DNA of 64,000 bases from a virus (Duplodnaviria; Caudoviricetes). Made by a program: the position numbers and the translations under genes. The stretch is from positions 31,162-95,161 of IMG/VR virus record IMGVR_UViG_3300029288_000116. One strand, given 5' to 3'. Shown here piece by piece: positions 38,351 to 47,200 of the stretch. Position 1 is the first letter of the stretch. The number at the start of each line of letters is the position of its first letter. The notes beneath the pieces are model-generated. The model ran no database searches and was not told the origin of the DNA. It saw nothing but the letters and a program-made list of their open reading frames with translations.

Positions 38351-38758
38351 TTAGTCTCCTTTAGGCCATATATATTCTATTTTAGGTTCTTCTTTCCAAT
38401 TAAATTTCAAATAATACCCAAAATCTTTAGCTAACAAAGCTGCTCTGTGTGCAGAATGAAAGTCCTCATTTCCAAACCACTTAGGATAAACAATTTTAGA
38501 TTCATCTAGATTCCATACTTCCATGGTATTCTTATACCCTCGTCTCTTCCACTCCTCTATACAAATATTCATGTACAACTTTAAGCTTTCTTCGTGTCCC
38601 TTAAACATGTGAACGGCTGGATGATTTTTCCAACCAATCTTTATTCCATAAAGTGCATCTAGGATTTGAGAATTTTCGACTCGTTGTTTTCCCAGGCGCC
38701 TATAGTCTAGACACCTAGCAGACTCAACAAAATCAGGATATGGAAGAAAAACTTGCAT
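38351..38758 (-). CDS. denV: Pyrimidine dimer DNA glycosylase/endonuclease V-family protein
   Basis: MQVFLPY, LDYRRLGKQRVE, NHPAVHM, FHSAHRAALLAKD. Confidence 0.85.
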   Translation of the reverse strand: MQVFLPYPDFVESARCLDYRRLGKQRVENSQILDALYGIKIGWKNHPAVHMFKGHEESLKLYMNICIEEWKRRGYKNTMEVWNLDESKIVYPKWFGNEDFHSAHRAALLAKDFGYYLKFNWKEEPKIEYIWPKGD

Positions 38759-38763
38759 AATTA

Positions 38764-38793
38764 ATTATAACTTAAAAGCGGAACTAAGTAAAC
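38764..38793 (-). promoter_or_regulatory. Hybrid early promoter for denV-like gene (-10 from phage flank, -35 from TnpB element)
   Basis: GTTTAC(38793-38788)-N18-TATAAT(38769-38764), 5 nt before ATG (leaderless). Confidence 0.7.
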
Positions 38794-40023
38794 TAATTAT
38801 TTTTAATAAATAAATACAAATGATAAGATCTTCCAAACATATTCTTAAGTTCCAGACAGACTTTAAAACAAGTCAACTTGAACAAATAGAAAAAGATGTC
38901 ATAGAGACTATGCAGCTTTATATTGATTTGATTTGTAAAGGTGAATTGCCTTTAGATAAGTTTTTGTCTAGTGCTTTACTCCCAGATACTAATATTACTC
39001 ATAGTCAATGGAAAGCTTGTATATATAAAGAAGTTTCGGGTATGCTAAGAGCCCAAATTAGAAGGGCTAAGAACAAGAGATACAATGCATATAAAAAGCT
39101 TTATGCTAAATGCAAGAAAGATAATAAACATGAGACTTTTACTTCAAAAAGATTCTCAGAACTTAGGCTTAAGTATATTTTAGGTTCTAAATACTTTAAG
39201 AAACCAGCTATTAAGAATTTTTCCCTCAATCTAAACTACACAGTTTTTAATTTACAGTTCGGTAACTATTTTGATAAGTGGGTTAAGATTTCTATGCCTT
39301 ATTATATGGGAAAAGATAAAAATGCGCAAACTCTTAATTTGCCTATTAATCAACATAGCCAAAACCTTAAGTATAATAAATGGAATCAAAAGAAAAGCAT
39401 TAGGTTGCTTAAGAAGAATGGTAAATATTTTCTGGTTTTTTTCTATGAAAAGGAAGACTTAAACCTAAGAAAATCTGGTTCTTCCTTAGGCATAGACCAA
39501 GGCTACAAAGCTTTGGTTACTTGTTCTGATGGCCAAATACAAGGCCAAGATTTAGAGCAACTATATAAAAGAATCAGTAACAAGAAACAGGGGTCTAAGG
39601 CCTTCAAAAGGCTGCTTGTTCATAGAGACAATGAAATTAACAGAGCTTGTAACAACCTAAACCTAAATGGAATTAAGGAACTTGTCTTAGAAGACCTTAA
39701 GTATCTTAAACATAAGACAAATTTATCAACAAAAACCATGAACACTTTACAAAGATGGTCATACCCAAAGACCATTGCAAAGTTGGAAAGTCTTGGCCAA
39801 ACGAATGGTATTCTAGTCAGCAAGGTCAATCCTGCTTATACAAGTCAAAGGTGTTCAGTTTGTGGACATATAAACAAAGGGAATAGGAAGGGTCTTGAGT
39901 TCCTTTGTTTAGAATGTGGCAATAAGTCTAATGCAGACTATAATGCTGCTAGGAATATAGCCAACTTGGGAGTGCATAGTCTCCAAGGTCCTGAGAAAGT
40001 TTAAGAAATTGACGAACTATAAC
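38772..40023 (+). mobile_element. Non-autonomous tnpB-only element (IS200/IS605-like) bounded by TATAAC
   Basis: TATAAC at 38766-38771 and 40018-40023; removing the element restores a consensus promoter; no tnpA in window. Confidence 0.75.
38820..40004 (+). CDS. tnpB: RNA-guided endonuclease TnpB
   Basis: RuvC-I GIDQG, RuvC-II LEDL, TSQRCSVC...CLEC Zn finger, RuvC-III NADYNAARNI; catalytic D-E-D intact. Confidence 0.92.
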   Translation: MIRSSKHILKFQTDFKTSQLEQIEKDVIETMQLYIDLICKGELPLDKFLSSALLPDTNITHSQWKACIYKEVSGMLRAQIRRAKNKRYNAYKKLYAKCKKDNKHETFTSKRFSELRLKYILGSKYFKKPAIKNFSLNLNYTVFNLQFGNYFDKWVKISMPYYMGKDKNAQTLNLPINQHSQNLKYNKWNQKKSIRLLKKNGKYFLVFFYEKEDLNLRKSGSSLGIDQGYKALVTCSDGQIQGQDLEQLYKRISNKKQGSKAFKRLLVHRDNEINRACNNLNLNGIKELVLEDLKYLKHKTNLSTKTMNTLQRWSYPKTIAKLESLGQTNGILVSKVNPAYTSQRCSVCGHINKGNRKGLEFLCLECGNKSNADYNAARNIANLGVHSLQGPEKV

Positions 40024-40043
40024 CTATTTTTCTTGATGTGTAA
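39880..40043 (+). ncRNA. Predicted omegaRNA (scaffold overlapping tnpB 3' end, guide from about 40024); 5' boundary uncertain
   Basis: Hairpin CTTGGGAG-tgcatagt-CTCCAAG 39965-39987 and right-end position; inferred from known TnpB architecture. Confidence 0.45.
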
Positions 40044-40237
40044 ACTTATTTTGCTCTACTCCACCCCTTCATAGCAAAAATAACTGGAGCTTTTAACCAA
40101 AAACAAGGTTCACAAATCTGAAAACCTAAAATATTGTAAACTGTGTCGTTCTTTTTAGCCTCGTGTCCACAAGGACAAATCCAAGATTTACCTAAAATTT
40201 TCTTTTTCGCCTTTTTTAACATAATTTAAATTCCTCA

Positions 40238-40528
40238 TTACGCAGCTTCAGGTTTAAACCCTAGAATTTTTAAAGCCTCAAAAGTAACTTCATCTGGAGA
40301 TTCAGATACCCTCTCATCCCTTTTATAGAAAATTATAATGTCATTATCTACTAGTGTCCTTACATATCCGTGTTTCATAATTTTTAATAAAAATGACCTA
40401 GAATTTTTAATCCTTTTAACTTCTTTCTCAAAATCTATTAGAGTATTTTGCCATGCTTCAACATCAGGAGTATTAGCGGCTTTTATTAGATCTTCAGCTT
40501 TTTTGAGTAGTTTACGCATAATCCACAA
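40238..40528 (-). CDS. Hypothetical protein
   Basis: Packed minus-strand operon. Confidence 0.5.
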   Translation of the reverse strand: MWIMRKLLKKAEDLIKAANTPDVEAWQNTLIDFEKEVKRIKNSRSFLLKIMKHGYVRTLVDNDIIIFYKRDERVSESPDEVTFEALKILGFKPEAA

Positions 40529-40703
40529 TTAACTTTCCTTCATCGTACCCCTCGTCCCTTGCCTTTTCAAGACACCGTTCGCATGGTTCTATTACAACTT
40601 GGGAAAGTCCTTTTTTATACTTAGATTCTACTATCTCTGTTTGGTTACAGAGTGGATTACCACATGAACAATATACATCAAATTCTACTTCCAAAATTGG
40701 CAT
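40512..40703 (-). CDS. Hypothetical Zn-binding protein
   Basis: CSCG...CERC; SD GGAGGT. Confidence 0.55.
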   Translation of the reverse strand: MPILEVEFDVYCSCGNPLCNQTEIVESKYKKGLSQVVIEPCERCLEKARDEGYDEGKLIVDYA

Positions 40704-40982
40704 AAATTACCTCCCAGACTTAAAAGCTAGCCCTTTCTTTGCGCGATATTTGCTCGCTTGACGTGAAGTAGGTTTTATCCCAACTTTTTCACAGGCAGAA
40801 ATAAAAGCTTTATCAACCTCTACAAATTTCTTGTTTGTTACTCTGGGTTCTGCTACCATTATTTATCGTCTCCTTTGCTTTGCACTTGTCACATAGATCC
40901 CAAACTACTTCTTTGTTACATGCCATACATCTACATTGACTAATAATTTCAAGACATTTTTCGCACACGATTATTTTATGTG

Positions 40983-41873
40983 TCATTTTGTAGCCCCATC
41001 AAAAATAACCTGTACTAAGTTATCATTATAAACAATTTCACAATCATTGTAAACATCCCAAATAAGTTGTTTTGTAATTTGAGTAGGATTTCCCAAAGGG
41101 GTCACTAAATCTTTTTTTAATGGAGGAAGCGAATCTTCAACAAAATCAGACTTTAACATCTCTTCTACTAGATCAAAATGCTTTTCATATAAATGTAGTG
41201 AATGAACACAATGTGTATAGGAGCCTAATTCAAGCTCTGGATAAATCTGCTTTAAATGGCTAAATATTTGCTGTTGTAGTACAGAAAACCAAGCAAAATC
41301 CGCCGGTAAACCGAAAATTATATCTTGACTCCTCATTACAACAGTCATGAATAATTTATTTTCTCTTATGTGGAAGATAGTTGTTAAGGTACAGACAAAA
41401 TCTTTTACCCCAAAATATTGACAATCTCCCATAGCATTAAAATGAATTATAGCTTGGCGAGAATCTTTATCTTCTTTTAATGTTTTAAATGCCCAATAAA
41501 ATTGGGAGAAAGACCAATTATTGTACTTATCATAGACTTTTTTTCTGAACGCTAAATATCCATAATTAGAATTTGCATCATTAGAGTCAGGATTTGTGAT
41601 CTTTCCCCAAAGGGTTGCGTGTTTTTCAATATACGACACATCCTGATTCCCATCTAAATACCACACAAGCTCTTTGCAAATATATTCTACAGGAGAAGAC
41701 CTTACATCGTTCCTGTATAAATTACTCAGAGGGTTTTTTACTTCAATGATATAGTTTAAAGTCTCCTTAATCTTCATCCCCCTGGGACTTGAGACATATT
41801 CTGGGGTTGTAGATATGTCTAATAATGCAGCTGAATATGCATCGGAAAAATGTTCTCCACTCATAGTTTTCAT
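40983..41873 (-). CDS. Thymidylate-synthase-fold dCMP hydroxymethylase-like enzyme (gp42-like)
   Basis: NSNYG, DSRQAII, DFVCT, MRSQDIIFGLPADFAW (Asp at the cytosine-specificity position), SLHLYEKHF. Confidence 0.8.
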   Translation of the reverse strand: MKTMSGEHFSDAYSAALLDISTTPEYVSSPRGMKIKETLNYIIEVKNPLSNLYRNDVRSSPVEYICKELVWYLDGNQDVSYIEKHATLWGKITNPDSNDANSNYGYLAFRKKVYDKYNNWSFSQFYWAFKTLKEDKDSRQAIIHFNAMGDCQYFGVKDFVCTLTTIFHIRENKLFMTVVMRSQDIIFGLPADFAWFSVLQQQIFSHLKQIYPELELGSYTHCVHSLHLYEKHFDLVEEMLKSDFVEDSLPPLKKDLVTPLGNPTQITKQLIWDVYNDCEIVYNDNLVQVIFDGATK

Positions 41874-41884
41874 AATGTTCTCCC

Positions 41885-42643
41885 TTATTTTATTTCACCC
41901 GACCATAGAACCTCAGCCCTAGGCCCACCATGTAACCTCCAAATCTTACCATCGAAGCTTGGTACTAAGCCCATTTCCCAAAGTTTGGTACAAGGACTAA
42001 AGCCATGTTTATATTCTATGTCGAAAAAAGAAGAAGTGTAGGCCCCTACAGAATCCCAAACAGAACCCTGGACAGAATTCCCTACAGAATCCCAAACAGA
42101 AGCTTTGACAGAATCCCAAACAGAAACCCGAACAGAATCCCAGATAGAAGTCCAAACAGAATTCCGGACAGAATCCCAAACAGAACCCTGGACAGAATTC
42201 CCTACAGAATCCCAAACAGAAGCTTTGACAGAATCCCAAACAGAAACCCAGACAGAATCCCATTTTCTTAATAAGGCCAGAATCTCTGGGCCTATTTCCG
42301 GAGGCTTAACTTCGAATGGATGGATAATAGGCTTAATGATCAAAGGCTTAACTATTTGGCTGAAGTCTAAAGCCTTTACCCAAGCTTTGGCTTTTACTGA
42401 GTCGTCGGGTCCATTAATCTGGTCTATTTTAAAGACTTTGGTCAAAGGATCATACTCATACTTATTGAGCTTGTCCTCTTCCTTGGCTTTATAGCCAAAG
42501 TAATGGGCTATGGAGGTATGGCTATCAGGTTCATAGTCCTTAAGGTCTTTGTCTTCGAACATGACCTTTTGCCTAAGATCCCAGTCAAAATACAGGAACT
42601 TAGATTTGGTAGGATCAGAAACAAAGCTGAAGAATTCGCACAT
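41885..42643 (-). CDS. Hypothetical protein with WDSV tetrapeptide repeats
   Basis: About 18 xxSV repeats; GC3-richer codons. Confidence 0.7.
   Translation of the reverse strand: MCEFFSFVSDPTKSKFLYFDWDLRQKVMFEDKDLKDYEPDSHTSIAHYFGYKAKEEDKLNKYEYDPLTKVFKIDQINGPDDSVKAKAWVKALDFSQIVKPLIIKPIIHPFEVKPPEIGPEILALLRKWDSVWVSVWDSVKASVWDSVGNSVQGSVWDSVRNSVWTSIWDSVRVSVWDSVKASVWDSVGNSVQGSVWDSVGAYTSSFFDIEYKHGFSPCTKLWEMGLVPSFDGKIWRLHGGPRAEVLWSGEIK
42048..42260 (-). repeat. 12-bp period coding repeat with a 120-bp higher-order duplication
   Basis: cagaatcccaaacagaaccctggacagaattccctac... at 42049 and 42169. Confidence 0.85.
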
Positions 42644-42657
42644 GGTATCGGGACCTC

Positions 42658-43353
42658 CTAGAGAATGGAAACAACGTCCACATAATTTTCTGCGTCGTCT
42701 TTTATATTATCGATAATTTGTTTGCCTCTTTTACCGTTCTTCTTCGCGAGTACTTCTTTCGCTTTAGTGTTTACTGTTCTGATAAAATATGGGGGTTTAA
42801 TTTCACATTTTTCTTTTACCTTTTTGGCTGTATCAACCTTTATAGAATCAGCCAATTCACAAACAATTCGCTGTATTCCTAAGGTTTTATCTAACAACTT
42901 TTCCATAAGCTTTTTGGTAGTATTAAACTCTTCAATTGGTTCATCAAAAATGATATTCCAGTTTTTCATAATTTCTTCTAATTCTTCTGGGCCTTTTTCA
43001 CCGAGAAAAATTTTTCTGTCTTCTTTTTTATTATTATCAGCTAGAGTTATGCCTGATTCTGAGAGATATGAATTAATTTCTTCTTCTCTATTTAAAAGGC
43101 CGAACCATTTAACCAAAACTATAAACCTATCCAAAAATTCATTTAGTCTTGGAGGGGAATTTTCTGAAGGATACCCACCCTCATAATAAATCATGTCGTG
43201 AATTAATTTATAAAATTTCTTTTCTAGACCTAATACTAATTCACCAACCTTTTTGGCTGGATATATTCCTCGGCGATATAAATCTTCATTTATTTCTGTC
43301 CTAACTTCAACACAAGTATCCACACTCTCTTTGTAAAATTCTTCATTTTTCAT
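42658..43353 (-). CDS. Hypothetical early protein
   Basis: ATG 43353 after GGAGGT and promoter. Confidence 0.6.
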   Translation of the reverse strand: MKNEEFYKESVDTCVEVRTEINEDLYRRGIYPAKKVGELVLGLEKKFYKLIHDMIYYEGGYPSENSPPRLNEFLDRFIVLVKWFGLLNREEEINSYLSESGITLADNNKKEDRKIFLGEKGPEELEEIMKNWNIIFDEPIEEFNTTKKLMEKLLDKTLGIQRIVCELADSIKVDTAKKVKEKCEIKPPYFIRTVNTKAKEVLAKKNGKRGKQIIDNIKDDAENYVDVVSIL

Positions 43354-43358
43354 AAATA

Positions 43359-43406
43359 CCTCCACAATTTTAATTTATTATAACATGTTTAGAGGTTTTC
43401 TGAAAC
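43359..43406 (-). promoter_or_regulatory. Repeated early promoter-leader unit
   Basis: Minus strand gtttcagaaaacctctaaacatgttataataaattaaaattgtggagg. Confidence 0.8.
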
Positions 43407-43573
43407 CAATTATTAGACTAAATTCTTCCTAATAGGATAAGGCAACCTATAATCACCATTTATAATCATATACAGCAAACTATTAAAGGCTATTGAAAAA
43501 TCAAGAAGTCGACGATTAAAGCACTTAAAGGAAAAGAAGTCAATAATTTGTCTATTTAACCAAAACAATAATC

Positions 43574-43870
43574 TCATACGGTTCTCCTATCAACAAATCT
43601 AATAATCGATCCATCTTTTCCTAAATCGGCACCTATAAACCCCCATCCTTCAGAATCAACACCGAAAAGGCCATTAATAATTCCCAATATTCCCACAGAA
43701 TATCCGGTTTCTTTTGAAGCTTCATGGTATGTACCAACCTGAACAGATTCGTGTTCTGCAAGAGCTTTATTACAAGGAACTCTATAATTAATTAATGCCC
43801 TCATAGCTAGTTCGTCTGCTGCAACAACCTCATTTAAAACTCGTATCGCCTCTGTCACAGAATCGCACAT
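43574..43870 (-). CDS. Hypothetical phage protein
   Basis: RVPCNKALAEH...VGILGIINGLFG. Confidence 0.6.
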   Translation of the reverse strand: MCDSVTEAIRVLNEVVAADELAMRALINYRVPCNKALAEHESVQVGTYHEASKETGYSVGILGIINGLFGVDSEGWGFIGADLGKDGSIIRFVDRRTV

Positions 43871-43882
43871 TATATATTTCTC

Positions 43883-45001
43883 CTAATTTAAATACTTAAT
43901 TAAATTACCCATTTCTCTTATGTACATATTTTTAAAGTCTATTGGCTCTAGCTCTTCATAGAATTTGCAAATTTCCTTGAACCTATGATAATCACTAAAG
44001 GTCAAAGAATCTGGAAACTTTCCTTTATAGCTTATCGGAATTGATCCAAAAACACAGGCTTCTGATATCCTAGCCGGCCAAAATCCTGCGTCAACATATA
44101 GATCTTTTGAGATATTGACATTAAGCTTGCTCTTTGATAGTATTTTGCCTATTTCTATTCTATCATATCTCTTTGTGTTTGGTAACATAAGAAATGAAGA
44201 TTCTTCAATTTTTCCAATCACATTTACACTAAAGTCTGTGTCTTCCCGGATTTTTAGTAAATAATTCAATATCTTAATGTTTTTTGTGTGACCGACTTTA
44301 TAATTAGCAGAGGCTATATTACCGTAATAAGCTAATAGGTTCTCTTTTTGCCTAAAAAAGAGCTCTGATTTAGAATGGGTCCTATATATTTCGGTAATAT
44401 CAGACAAAGTCTTTGCCGTTATACCCCTTAGAGTTTTAGGAAATATTTTTTTTGGGTTAAGATTAGGATATGCTTTACATGGATTTCCTAAGCTTATAAT
44501 ATGAACATTATTCATATTGTTAATTTTGTCTATAAATTTTGACGGTAATGATAGGTCTGTATCAACTATAAAAGTTGGAATATTTGATTTATGTCCTTTA
44601 TCAAGAGTAAACTCAAAAAATGCTGTGTCATAGTATTTTTTAGCAAAAGTAGAAGGATTTCTGAACCTAGCTTTTAAGATTAAGACACTATAATTATCAA
44701 CATTAGGTATTATCCACTCACCATCATTATAATCTCCGATCATGTTAGCAAGTTTATCATATATGTAATTTTGTAGTAGAGTTGGATACCCAGCCACAAG
44801 CTTACTAGAAAATTTATAACATGCATCTTTAGATTTTATTCTATATGGGAGATATGAAAAGAAATCTACCTCGTTCTTTTCTTCCATGCCCAGCATAACC
44901 AAAATTTCTTCTAATAAAAACGGTTGATAAAATGTGTGCCCAGGAATATCTATGTCATGAGGACCAAGTAAACCAAAATAAGCATAAAGAGCCTTTTTCA
45001 T
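43883..45001 (-). CDS. GT-B glycosyltransferase (putative DNA glycosyltransferase)
   Basis: YYGN, SKLNVNISK...ARISEACVFGSIPI C-terminal GT-B motif; context. Confidence 0.6.
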   Translation of the reverse strand: MKKALYAYFGLLGPHDIDIPGHTFYQPFLLEEILVMLGMEEKNEVDFFSYLPYRIKSKDACYKFSSKLVAGYPTLLQNYIYDKLANMIGDYNDGEWIIPNVDNYSVLILKARFRNPSTFAKKYYDTAFFEFTLDKGHKSNIPTFIVDTDLSLPSKFIDKINNMNNVHIISLGNPCKAYPNLNPKKIFPKTLRGITAKTLSDITEIYRTHSKSELFFRQKENLLAYYGNIASANYKVGHTKNIKILNYLLKIREDTDFSVNVIGKIEESSFLMLPNTKRYDRIEIGKILSKSKLNVNISKDLYVDAGFWPARISEACVFGSIPISYKGKFPDSLTFSDYHRFKEICKFYEELEPIDFKNMYIREMGNLIKYLN

Positions 45002-46065
45002 TTTATAACCTCTAACTTATATACATTATTCAACAAATTAAATCTGCCAGAACTTATTTTAATATTTCTGTCATCTTCAAATAAGTTCAGTGCTGTGATA
45101 TAAGAATTGCTAATATATGAAAAGCAATCATCTAGATAGATAAACTTAAAATTCTTTTTTTCATTATACAAATATTCCAATGTTTTGTAAACAATATAGG
45201 GTTTATACAGGGCACCAGATAGTAAAGTATTCGGTGACATAATATTCCAAATAAAATTAAAAAACTTTAAATTGAAGTTATTCCTTATAGCGGCTTCCAT
45301 ATTAGGCTGAGAACACCTAGCTGAAAAGAAGAAAAGATCATGAAAAGAGTAGTCCCTAAGGAGTAAATGAAGATAACTTAAATTTGCTCTTCTTACTTTT
45401 TCTGCACAATATTCATACGTCGGATTTATTGAAAAAGCGAATTCCTTGTCATACGGTATTGCCACTCCATCTATATCCATAAAAATATAATTGTCTTGAA
45501 ACTTGAGCTTTGGTTTTACAGATTTTTCGAAATAGTCATCTAACATGTCGAAAATGTTCAAAGACGACTTACATGTAAAGCTGTGTGTATTTTTGAAAAA
45601 CGTTTCTTTTACATAGTCGTAATGGGGCTTGTAGATACTTTGTTCTCTTTTTATTTCTTCTAGAGTTCTTTTGCCTATAAGCTTTGTCATCATTTCCTGA
45701 TCACTTACTTCGAGGTCATGATATAAAAATAACCATTCCCACTCTTTATAATTATTGTCTATCCAACTGTAAACATAATCTCTATGCACCGGAGATTCAA
45801 ATTTCCGGCCGTAAAATTCATTAGCTACTAGCTCAGTTATCGGAGAACGATACACTACAATATTTCTGGAAGTATTGATATTTGCTGAATAAGCATGAGT
45901 ATTATACGTTACTTCCCAAACATATTTTCTACTTTCTAAATCTGCTACGGCATTTAGATTATCGGCAGGAGAATAGAGCACTACTAGATCGTGAATATAT
46001 TTTTGAAGCTCTCTTATTAAGAGATCTTTTCCTGTTTTTGTGGGCCCTTCTAGAATAAGTTTCAT
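44998..46065 (-). CDS. dNMP kinase (P-loop) fused to a HAD-like domain
   Basis: ILEGPTKTGK; FMDIDGV, FSAR, YLDD. Confidence 0.7.
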   Translation of the reverse strand: MKLILEGPTKTGKDLLIRELQKYIHDLVVLYSPADNLNAVADLESRKYVWEVTYNTHAYSANINTSRNIVVYRSPITELVANEFYGRKFESPVHRDYVYSWIDNNYKEWEWLFLYHDLEVSDQEMMTKLIGKRTLEEIKREQSIYKPHYDYVKETFFKNTHSFTCKSSLNIFDMLDDYFEKSVKPKLKFQDNYIFMDIDGVAIPYDKEFAFSINPTYEYCAEKVRRANLSYLHLLLRDYSFHDLFFFSARCSQPNMEAAIRNNFNLKFFNFIWNIMSPNTLLSGALYKPYIVYKTLEYLYNEKKNFKFIYLDDCFSYISNSYITALNLFEDDRNIKISSGRFNLLNNVYKLEVIK

Positions 46066-46781
46066 AGTGCTCCCTCCAGTCTTAGTTTTATACTTTCCAT
46101 CTCATCAACTACTTTGTACGATGTTTCGTTCATTCCGTTCCTTATGTAGTATTGCGGATGGTATGTGTTAATGAACCTAAGTTTACTTCTTATATTGCTT
46201 CCATCTATGAAATCTTTGAATTCATTATATTCATCGTACCTACCTAAGGTGATGACGTTAATATAATTATAATCTGCCCAGAGGTGATTGTAAATTACAG
46301 AAAACTCGTTTTCTAATAAATTAAATGAATTAATTTGGTCGGCCGAATTAATTTTATTTTTGATAAATGGATTTTTGTACAAATTTGTAAAATAAGGGTA
46401 AATATTTAATACTGTTAACATTTTATGTAGTAGTTTAGAAGATGGACCTAAGAGCCACTTTGGCTCCCCTTTAGAAAATTCTGAATATCCAGGAGCTAAG
46501 CCGCATACAATAACAGGAATAGAACTTTGTTTAATCAGTAAATTTCCTCGTGGGGCTGTTGTCTTATTCTTTAGATTATCTGAATAGAATTTTGCGTATT
46601 TCTTAAATTTCTCTTCATCGTCAGAAACAAATCCAGGAAATTTAAGAAAGGATTCAACATCTAGGTCTTTATAATTATTTAAAAAGAGGACTTTGCTTTT
46701 GTAGTAGTTTATTTTCTCCCAGTCGTCTGAAGACAAGGCCTTAAGATTGTATGATGGTATTACCCACTCAGAAGGTTTCAT
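46062..46781 (-). CDS. Uracil-DNA-glycosylase-superfamily protein
   Basis: GLAPG, GPSSKLL, YFTNLYK, TLGR, TYHPQY. Confidence 0.75.
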   Translation of the reverse strand: MKPSEWVIPSYNLKALSSDDWEKINYYKSKVLFLNNYKDLDVESFLKFPGFVSDDEEKFKKYAKFYSDNLKNKTTAPRGNLLIKQSSIPVIVCGLAPGYSEFSKGEPKWLLGPSSKLLHKMLTVLNIYPYFTNLYKNPFIKNKINSADQINSFNLLENEFSVIYNHLWADYNYINVITLGRYDEYNEFKDFIDGSNIRSKLRFINTYHPQYYIRNGMNETSYKVVDEMESIKLRLEGAL

Positions 46782-46927
46782 TCTTTCTGTACTCTATAAT
46801 TTTTTTTCTCAATTTTAGGGCCAAATAAATCCATTGTATACGACTAAATACTGCGTATCCATCGGTTTTTATCTCTACAAGTACTCCCTTTTGTGGATGA
46901 ATATATCCCAGTTTCATAATTGCTCCA

Positions 46928-47200
46928 TTAGTCTTCCAGAAATTCCAGAGGATTAATTCCGGAGATACTTCGTGTTTTAAAAATTTCACACAACTTTTTA
47001 ATAAATGCCTGGTCTTCAGAGACGATTTTGATATTTTCTGGAATAATTTCAGTTGTAATCTCTGAATGTTTGCCTAAAATTTCTCCAAAGTAAACTTCTT
47101 TTCCCATAATTTTAGCTACTTCTGATTCTTTGGCTACAAAAATTCCCTCAAGAGTTCCCATACGCCCAAAGTCTTCACTATACTGAAATAGTTTTAACAT
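46928..47200 (-). CDS. Hypothetical phage protein
   Basis: GRMGTLEGIFVA, YFGEILGKHSE. Confidence 0.65.
   Translation of the reverse strand: MLKLFQYSEDFGRMGTLEGIFVAKESEVAKIMGKEVYFGEILGKHSEITTEIIPENIKIVSEDQAFIKKLCEIFKTRSISGINPLEFLED

Noticed and set aside
38820-40004. Cas12f-type CRISPR effector
   Set aside because: No repeat-spacer array nearby; ends look like an IS-derived tnpB.
42005-42494. Repetitive ORFs on alternative frames and a CRISPR-like look
   Set aside because: Shadows of the 12-bp WDSV coding repeat; no unique spacers.
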